This document shows positions 52,669 to 64,000 of a stretch of DNA of 64,000 nucleotides, piece after piece. Position numbers and translations under genes: made by a program. How positions within the stretch are numbered: position 1 is the first letter of the stretch; each line of letters begins with the position of its first letter. The stretch is taken from NCBI GenBank assembly GCA_012295275.1, contig CM022672.1, forward strand, positions 8,928,001 to 8,992,000, written 5' to 3'. The notes below the pieces were generated by a model, which saw nothing but the letters and a program-made list of their open reading frames with translations, was not told where the DNA came from and made no database searches. The DNA comes from Chrysomallon squamiferum. Its lineage: Eukaryota; Animalia; Mollusca.

Positions 52669-53495
52669 AAAAAAAAAAAAAAAAAAAAAGAAGAAGAAAT
52701 TTACGAATAAACAGTCTTAATATAGTCTCCATACTTCCAAATACATGTTTATTTTATCATAATTAATAATGAAGTGCAACGACAAAGGATTACAGTTTTA
52801 AAATATTTCGGCGTGCCATTTTTCTGCTCTAAAGTTTCTTCTAACATTATCAGAAAAACAACCGACTATAGTCCGCGCTGACAAAATGGCGACTTTAATA
52901 TGTTTATTAACCGTTTTTATTCATTGCTATTCTTTGCCTAATTACACAATGACAGTTCGTCCAAAACAATAAAATGATAACTTGAAAGTACAAAACATCC
53001 CCTATAGAACACCACCGCTATTTGGAAATGTGTAAAATCACTGCACGCACATATCTAACAAGCCTGTCAGTACTGTGACACAACAACTCAGATTAATGGA
53101 CTGACTGCTGTTTAGAAATTCAGTTATATATTAATTCATTGATACAAAATACTTCATTATAAAGCTAACATAATCGTGAAACTTCGCTCCCGTTAAAGTA
53201 GACTTTTAACTGTTCTTATTGTTGCTATTATTAAAGAGATAATCACGAAAAAGTTTTTATTTATTTGTATCATTCTGTATCAAGGGCATTATTTTTTTCT
53301 ATATAAAACAGATTTAGTTATTTATTTATTATAACTCATACTGATATACAAACACACATCCGTACCTGTATACATGCACACAGATATAGATATATACAAA
53401 CATACATGTATACATACATATATAAATATAGACATACATACATACATATATACATAGATGCATGCATGCATACATAGATAAATACATACACACAT

Positions 53496-53539
<44 letters not shown>

Positions 53540-53917
53540 AGACACACATACAACACGTACTTTCATCAAAAAGGCTGAGACATACACACACATACATAAT
53601 AATTAGTACTGATAATACAGATCTTAAACAACAAACTTTTTGACGTTCTCTCACAGCTGTTTGTAGGAAAGTCGTGGAAGAACCCTACAAACATCGATAC
53701 ACGAGTATTATGCAACTTAATTCTGCAATTTTTCATGTCACAGGCAGCGCTATTTGTCACTCATACCCTGGTCACCGTCTTTAATATGACACAAAGGCTA
53801 AAGCATTTTTCTTCCGTATGTCAATCAGTCTGTCAGAATCGCCTTTATGGAGCAGTATTTAGTTTGCATAGAGACCGTCCATTCGTTATTTGGTTTATCT
53901 AGGAAAGGAGGCAGCAC

Positions 53918-56798
53918 ATGGTGAGTTTTTAATGTAAAAATTTAAATAACAGAAAATTGATGATACTGGTTTCAGGTTTATAGAAACGAATGGGTTGTGA
54001 GTATATGTGGACAAAAGTTAAAACTCATATCGATATTAGAAATAACTTTTAGAGTTGCCGAATTTCTGTTTTTGACTGGTAATGTTGGGAACTAATTCAA
54101 ACGATTTTATTTATTATGCTAACACAAATCAAAGTATAATTCATAGGTGTATGTATATATGTATTATGTATGTATTTATGTATGTATGTATGTATGTATG
54201 TATGTATGTATATATTTACACCATTTGCATATGTACAGTACTTACGTGAACACAAACGTACGTATATACTTACGCACACATACATCTTTAAAAAACACAC
54301 ATACATACGGATATATGTATCAGTGCAATGTAACACTTTTCGGGCACCAGTATACACATTATTTTGTTATTAGTTTTATTTTGATGTGAATGTATGTTTT
54401 GTATTTCGAGTATAATGTCTGTTAAAATTATTGTTATTTTAAAGTGTTAACACGCACATACATTCACACAAATACACACACTAATATTAATACACTCACA
54501 AACAACACTTTAGAACTAACAAAACACACACAAAACACACTAACACTAACATACATTAACAAACACACGTACATACATAGACACTCACACAAAAACACAC
54601 ACTAACATACAGCCAGGTGCATGTTAACAGTTATTAAATAATAAATGTATTTCTTGTACAGTTAAACTAACATTGCAAAACGCAAGACCGCACTTTCGTC
54701 GATTACCGGCCTGGACATTTTTGCACAGCATAGCACATACCACAACATTCAATAAACAGAGAACACACTAACTAGAACTGGAAATACTCAGAATGACAAT
54801 TCTGTGGATGATCGACCCTACGACCCGCTGTGTCTGAAGCAAGAGCTTTTACCAGTGAACTACAATTTACTCTCGGAGTTAAAATCATTTTGTTTTTATC
54901 TTCAGATGATCAAATCAATTACTGTAGTATTACTGTCGGCCTGTTTGGTGGATCTAGCCTGGTCTCAGGTTGGTCAGCAGGGTCTGTATAGACTAGATGG
55001 CGTTAATCCCGGAGCATACGGTGGACTCCCAGGCTACGGTGGATACGGCATGCTGGGTGGATATGGTGGTATTTACCCCCAGAGGATTTTATCATTTTAC
55101 AGTGAGTAAAATTTTATATTTTGTTTCTAAAACTGTAAATTGAAAATTGAAAATAGAAAATATGTAACATTGCGATTAATACTTTTGCCTTTATGCTGTT
55201 GTTATTATTTGTTAGTGTTATTATTATTACTGTTGTTGTTGCTGTTATTGTTATTATTATGTTAATTGTTGTTAATGTTGCTCTTGCACTTATCGTTATC
55301 ACCATTACTATCCTTGTTGTTATTTCAGTTATATTTAAAGTTTACCTAGATAGTAGCTACAAATTATTTAAACACATATATTTGCAGGATAATTTAAAAA
55401 CACGATCTTCTTTTAAATTTTCTCGCAGAATCTAAAGGTTTTCCTTATCGGAACCCAGCCCATGCTGCACCGTACATGATGCAGCAAACGCCAGTTGAAA
55501 GCACAGTGCAGGCAGTTTCACCTGCAAATCAGATTCAGCCAGGCATGCAGGGGATAACAACACATCCTGCTGCACAAAGGCTGCAGGTGCCGACCCAGTC
55601 GTTGCAGATTGCTCCCCAAGTCCAGCAGAGCCAGCCAAAAGCACACCAAATGCTTCGGACTTCTGCATCATTGCAAATGCAACCTCAAGTCCTTCAGATG
55701 CAACCAGCACAACACGCTTACCAGCTGCTACCTCACGCATTTCATGTACAGCCAAGTCAACAAGCACAGCAAATACAACAACTACAACAGAGAGCTGCGG
55801 CGGCACAACAGGCACCTCATATGCAACTAAATCAACAGATGCAACCAGGACAACAGACGTATCAGGTCTCTCCACAAGCACTTCAAATGCAACCAGGACA
55901 ACAGATATATCAGATTGCTCCACAAGCACTTCAAGCGCAACCAGGTCAACATACATATCAGTTTGCTCCACAAGCACTTCAAGCGCAACCAGGACAACAG
56001 ATATATCAGATTGCTCCACAAGCACTTCAAGCGCAACCAGGACAACACACATATCAGATTGCTCCACAAGCACTTCAAGCGCAACCAGGACAACACACAT
56101 ATCAAATTGCTCCACAAGGACTTCAAATGCAACCAGGACAACAAACATATCAGATTGCTCCACAAGGACTTCAAATGCAACCAGGACAACAAACATATCA
56201 GATTGCTCCACAAGGACTTCAAATGCAACCAGGTCAACAGATGCAACCCCAGACACTTCAGAATGCAAACCAGGTTGTTCAGATGCAGCCACAAGATCTT
56301 CGAATGCTTACAACACCACATTCATACCAGATACAACCACAAGTGGTTCAAATTGTGCCAGCAGCTCCGGCACAGTCACAGACCAATCCGACGCAAGCTC
56401 AGGATCCCCAGAACTCAGCTCAGATGAGCAAAATCAGACAGGACCTGCGGGACGTTCTAGCAGCGCCTGTGCCTAGACAGAGAATAGGACTTCCTTCTCA
56501 AGTCCCAAGCATAGCACCGATGAAGGGTATGTTCCAAGCCCAGATGCAAACGGGCAGCGGCCACCAAATACAGTTTTCTAAATACCATATTGGAGGAAAG
56601 GTTCCAGTGTTCAGCCAGATGCAAATATCTCAGGCGCCCCAGGGAGGTGCTTGGGCGAAACCGCTCGGCCCAGGTGGTAAAGTTATCTCTGCTGCTGCGG
56701 GCCCAGCCGATTTATCCCGAGGAGCTGGTCAACAGATGTATCCAGTTTATGAGCAAATGTACCCACAGACCAGTCTCGGCATCATTACAGTACTTTAG
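53918..56798 (+). CDS. Secreted Gly/Tyr-rich plus Gln/Pro-rich tandem-repeat protein (~520 aa)
   Basis: Probable ATG-only coding end of exon 1 (53918-53920, gtgagt donor). Exon 54906-55101 has a signal peptide MIKSITVVLLSACLVDLAWS then GAYGGLPGYGGYGMLGGYGG. Phase-1 join to exon 55429-56798, in frame with the 440-aa ORF. AATAAA near 56960. Confidence 0.88.
55842..56240 (+). repeat. Coding tandem repeat, 48-bp / 16-aa unit x8 plus degenerate flanks
   Basis: QPGQ(Q/H)(T/I)YQ(I/V/F)(A/S)PQ(A/G)LQ(A/M); caaccagg recurs every 48 nt. Confidence 0.95.
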
Positions 56799-57081
56799 AG
56801 GACTTTGTCAGGTTATTTTGGTTAGTGTAAGTTGTAAAAACAAATTTTTACGAGAAGGCGATGCCTGGATCTTGCAGATGTGGTCATGGCCTGTTGTTGC
56901 TATATCTCGCAGTTCAGCTGGGGTTTTTTCTGTTTGTTTTGTTTTTGATGAGCATTTATTAATAAATTATTAATTATAAACTGTTTTGTAGTTAGTATGA
57001 TTCTTATGCGATTGCATTTATATACGTAGATACACACTGACAGACACCATCAGAGACACACGCACTCACGCACATACACAC

Positions 57082-57189
<108 letters not shown>

Positions 57190-57696
57190 GACATATAAAT
57201 AATCAAAAATGTTTTCAAATCTGTTCATTTTTTACGTATTGACTTAAGCATTAAAGTAAAAAAAAAAAAAACCAGAAAACACAACCTAAAAATTATTTTA
57301 AAAAATAACTAATATAATAAATAATTAATAAAATAAAATTAGAAATTTCAGCAATAATTTAAAAAAACTCCTAATAATTAATAATAAAAATACGAATCCT
57401 ATGTTCAGTGTGTAATAATAATAATTATAATAAAACGGAAAAAACAACACTTTTTATAAATTAAAATGAAATAAAGGAAAAATAATATTAAAATAAAATA
57501 AAGGAAAAATAAAAATAAAATAAAATATAAATAAAATAAAGGAAAATAAAAATAAAATAAACTATGATTAAAAGTAAAATATATAAGACATGACGACAAA
57601 AGAGATTTCAATGTTCTGTTTTATTAGAAAGATGAACATTCACAAAGGATTCTGTATTGAGTCGACGCACAGACTTCATTGTCCAGCGGTTTTCAT

Positions 57697-58212
<516 letters not shown>

Positions 58213-58871
58213 TCTGATTTGCAGTAACTGAAAAAAAGAAAAGAAAAGTAAACTAAAATTAAACAAAATTAAATAAAAATTTAAATTTAAAAAAATTAGT
58301 AATAATAATAATAATAATAAATAAATAAATAAATAAATAATAAAAAGAATAAGAAAAAGCTGTAGTTGTAAAACCCCAACAAATTAAATAAAAATAAAAA
58401 AAAACACACACACACACACACACACAAAAAAAGTAAGTACAACAATCCCGAAACTGAGGATATAACACAAACAAAATTAATATTTCATAAAAAAAAAAAA
58501 AAAAAAAAAAAAATCAAGAATAAATTGTAATAAATAATATCTTTATCTATACACACATGTATATAATCAAAACAATATATATATCTACATAATCAGTAAG
58601 AATACTAATAATAAAATTAAATTAATAAATTTAAAAAATAAAAAATTAGAGTTACTATATTTTCGAATTTAGTTACAACCTACTTGAAAAAAATAATATT
58701 TTGTAATTTTCTCCTTAATTTGTATTACTCTTTTAATTCATATATTTAAATTCACACACTAAAATATTATAATTTCCACACAATAAAATAGATAACAAAT
58801 TTGAAAAACTTACGCAGCGTTTTATCCTTTGTTAGCGTTGCAGTCTTTCCCGAACGAACGTTACGTCTCGG

Positions 58872-58881
58872 TTTTTATATA
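58872..58881 (-). promoter_or_regulatory. TATA box of the small secreted peptide gene
   Basis: TATATAAAAA on the minus strand ~60 nt upstream of a consensus gtaagt donor (58813), consistent with a short 5' UTR exon. Confidence 0.6.
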
Positions 58882-59663
58882 ACTCCTCTTTTGCAATCAT
58901 GTCTGCCATGATTTATTACGGTAGATTTCATAAAACAATGATTTCCTTCTTCAAACAGCGAAATGATTTTTATTGATGCGAGCTGTCAGTTCTTTGAAGT
59001 GCAGTGACAACAAAAAAATCGTGCAGTCACTGACATGGTGTTTTGTCATATTTGTTATGTTTCTTTTTTCGACATGCTGACGATCGTCGTTAAATCTTGC
59101 GATGTTACGGAGGCAAAGAGGCGGAGCGTTAAAACAATAAACTTCTGTTTACCGATGATGCATTAATAAAACTTGTCATTGACTGAGTATGATGAATGAT
59201 TTAATGATTATACAATTTAATATATCTGTATCTGTATATGTTATGAAGTGTCATCTAATATTACATAAGTTTGATGATAAAATACTATTAAAAAAAAAAA
59301 TAATAATAATAATAATAAAATAAAAAAATAAAAAGTTAAACATGCGCAGATACCAGTACATAAACACGCACAACCACTCACTAAACGTACTAAATCATAT
59401 AAAACTGTAAAATGTTGTCTGACAAACTACTTCTATTTTTAATTTACTTTATATATCAGTTGTTATTTTGAGGCAAAAGTGTCAGAATATACTTATCCAT
59501 CATTATTTATACTTAAATCAAAATACGTAACACTAAAGTTAATATTTTTCTTTGATGTGGCTGTTAATATATATATGTGTGTATATTTATTTCAGAATGA
59601 AACTGTTTTCAATATGGTATTTTAAGATCCAAAACAGTAATTAAAGAAGTAACTTTCAACAAT

Positions 59664-59739
<76 letters not shown>

Positions 59740-61570
59740 TACACACATGAGAGAGAGAAAATTAAAAATGCTAAAATATTTGTTCAGTTTAGAATAATAA
59801 AAATAATAATAATAATAAAAAGAAGAAGAAGAAGAAGAAGAAGAAGAAGAAGAAGAAGAAGAAGAAGAAAGAATAAAGGAGAACACAGTCATTTCGCACA
59901 TTAATCAGGTTTATTATATATAAAACATCAACCACGCATGTATTCATAGAAACTCTTTATAACTGTTAAATGTTGATAGTTTACAAACGTTTATCTCACG
60001 TTAAATTATATTATGGCGTTAACTGGCATTCACGTTTACGTGTGTGTGTTTGTTTACAACAGCAACAAATGAAAACATAAACGATAAATATAACATTAAA
60101 AAATGTTCTAGATACATTACACAAGATAACGTCTTAGAGTCATGATAATCTCTTTACGTATGATTTTACTTCTTATTTACAATAGCTATGCATATCATTT
60201 ACCTGTTAAAATACGCGTGCCTGAATTGAAATATTTCGTAGAAAAATAAATTTCTCAACGATATTATTTTGTGTGTGCGTGTGCATATGTGTGTATATGT
60301 GTGCAATAGGTGTTTCCGTCCTCCTCCCTTGATGTTAAACTAAAATATACGATAGACATAAATCGACGTAGGAATCACATTTACGAGAGACGTTAATGCA
60401 CATAAAGTCTAATACAGAGTTTATTGTCGGTATCAATTAATCTTTTTATACAATGTTTATATGTGCATTTTGTTTCTATTATATATTTAAATTCAATACA
60501 TTTTTAAATACTATTTAAAAACGTATTAAATTTCATATGTTTGTGTTGTTATTTATATTTTTATTCCTTTAGTAAATATTGTTATTATGTACTTTAACAG
60601 TTATTAATATTAATAACAGTTACAGTCATTTGTGTTTTGTTCAGTTTTTAATTTCTATGTAATTGTATCATATAATTATTGGTATGTAAATATTAAATAA
60701 TAATAATAATAATAATGATAATAATAATAATAATAATAATAATAAGAGAAAGAAGAACAAAAGAATGATGATAATAATAGTAAAAAAGAATATATATATA
60801 GTCTTTATTAAACCTTGATAGAATAATAACACTATACTGATATCAACCTTGTAACATTATTACTACGTACAATTAGCCTTTAAGTGAAGAATTTAACATA
60901 TGTAGAAAAAGCCTGTTAACCGTAATTTGCGACTGACGTAAGTGTTAATCGTAAATTAAAATTACAGCAGCCACAGTTTTCATTCTGTTGTTATGTATCT
61001 GGAATGTGGCTAATTGAAGGTTGCATTCACAACGTCGACGTCGTCGTCAGTTTTGATGCCTGCAACTGACATCTATGATGATGATATATGCATTTGCTTT
61101 TTTGGATGTGAATAAATGAAGGCATATATACGGGGGGGGGTGAAAGATAGTATATTCTGTTTTTCTTCTTTCTTTTTTTTTTATCTCACATTATACATTT
61201 TTTTTTCTTCTTAAATTTTTTATGTTATGCTTAGTCTGCTTATTATTAGTATTCAAATATCAAATATCTTATTGTCAATAATATCAGTTATTCAAACAAT
61301 AATAATAATTTAAAAAAATTAAAATATTAATAAAACATTTTTAAATATTAATAAAAAAAAAATGAAATAAAGCGTAATAAAATAATATAAAATAAATTAA
61401 TAATAAATAAATTAAAATATATTATAAATTAATAAAAGCAACAGTAAAAGAAATAACAGTATAATAATATTAATATATTAATAATAATAATAATATTATT
61501 ATTATTATTAAAGATAATATTAATATTAATCATAATCATCATTATCATCATCATAATAACAATAAGAGCA

Positions 61571-61632
<62 letters not shown>

Positions 61633-61864
61633 CATCATCATCATCATCATCATCGTCATCATCATAAAACGGACCCTGGCAACAGTGATAAACTGAGAGA
61701 AACTCTATGAACAGTATAATTATATTTCAGTTACACATCTAAATGATGAATCTATGTACAAAACCGAAATACATACATATTCAAAAAATGGAAATAATTT
61801 ACAACAGAAAATAGAAATGTTTTGTTACTTTAAAATAATAATAATAATAATAATAAAAGGAAAA

Positions 61865-63572
<1,708 letters not shown>

Positions 63573-63684
63573 CTGCAACACAAAAACAGTAACTTTCATT
63601 TTGTTTCCAGTCTCACTTTTTTGTTTTAGACAGACAGTATATTTAAACCATATATAACGAAGACCCTGGTGATAGAATGTGAAC

Positions 63685-63930
63685 TTTGGGGTGACAGTTA
63701 AAACTAGTTGTTGACATAATTTAATTAATTAGGTGACAAACTGAACTTGATCTTAAAGGTGACAAATAAATCAGCCCTAAAGGGAACAAATAAAACTTGA
63801 TTTTAAGGGTAAACAAATAAAACATTTATATTAAGGGTGACAAACAGAACCTGATCTTAAGGGTGACATTAAAAAAATGGATTAGTAGGTGTCTCAGAAC
63901 ATGGATTAATGAGTGACAGAAACTGGATTA
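63685..63930. repeat. Degenerate tandem repeat of roughly 25-30 bp
   Basis: Recurring taagggtgacaaa...aac.tgatct motif. Confidence 0.6.
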
Positions 63931-64000
63931 GTGGATTACAAAAGCATTTTTGACTGGTGGACATTGCCATTGTTATTTTAATATACTAACTTTTTCTTTC

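Noticed and set aside
52800-52900. YY1-like AAAATGGCG motif suggesting a promoter
   Set aside because: Single short motif with no associated exon identified.
55432-56427. Long antisense and alternative-frame ORFs (286, 164, 170 aa)
   Set aside because: Shadows of the 48-bp coding repeat; only the Gln-rich frame joins a signal-peptide exon.

Overview
AT-rich, microsatellite-dense eukaryotic DNA with GT-AG introns. An invertebrate, probably a mollusc, is inferred from gene and transposon content only. Most ORFs in the supplied track are artefacts of (CT)n/(CA)n/(TAA)n tracts. Contents reconstructed by hand: (1) a + strand death-fold gene (27699-39717) encoding a CARD-like domain, a DED, a TRADD-N-like domain and a coiled coil, followed by a tandem array of duplicated symmetric phase-1 cassette exons and a CaaX-ending terminal exon (CTIL). 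The 3' end of a tandem paralog that lacks the CaaX cysteine lies at 1-4440. (2) A spacer of decayed material: a Ngaro/DIRS-type tyrosine-recombinase retroelement remnant, an intron-retaining GTPBP2 pseudogene fragment, a piggyBac derivative, a Sola2-like long-TIR element and a 1.4-1.5 kb local duplication. (3) A 5-exon hydroxylysine-kinase-like gene (46292-52668) with a 1-nt frameshift near its end and two transposons in intron 3. (4) A cluster of putative extracellular structural genes: a secreted Gly/Tyr-rich plus QPGQ-repeat Gln-rich protein (+), a 61-aa secreted Pro-rich peptide (-), and the 3' exons of a LamG-like protein (-). All domain and family calls come from motif recognition by eye, not database searches.
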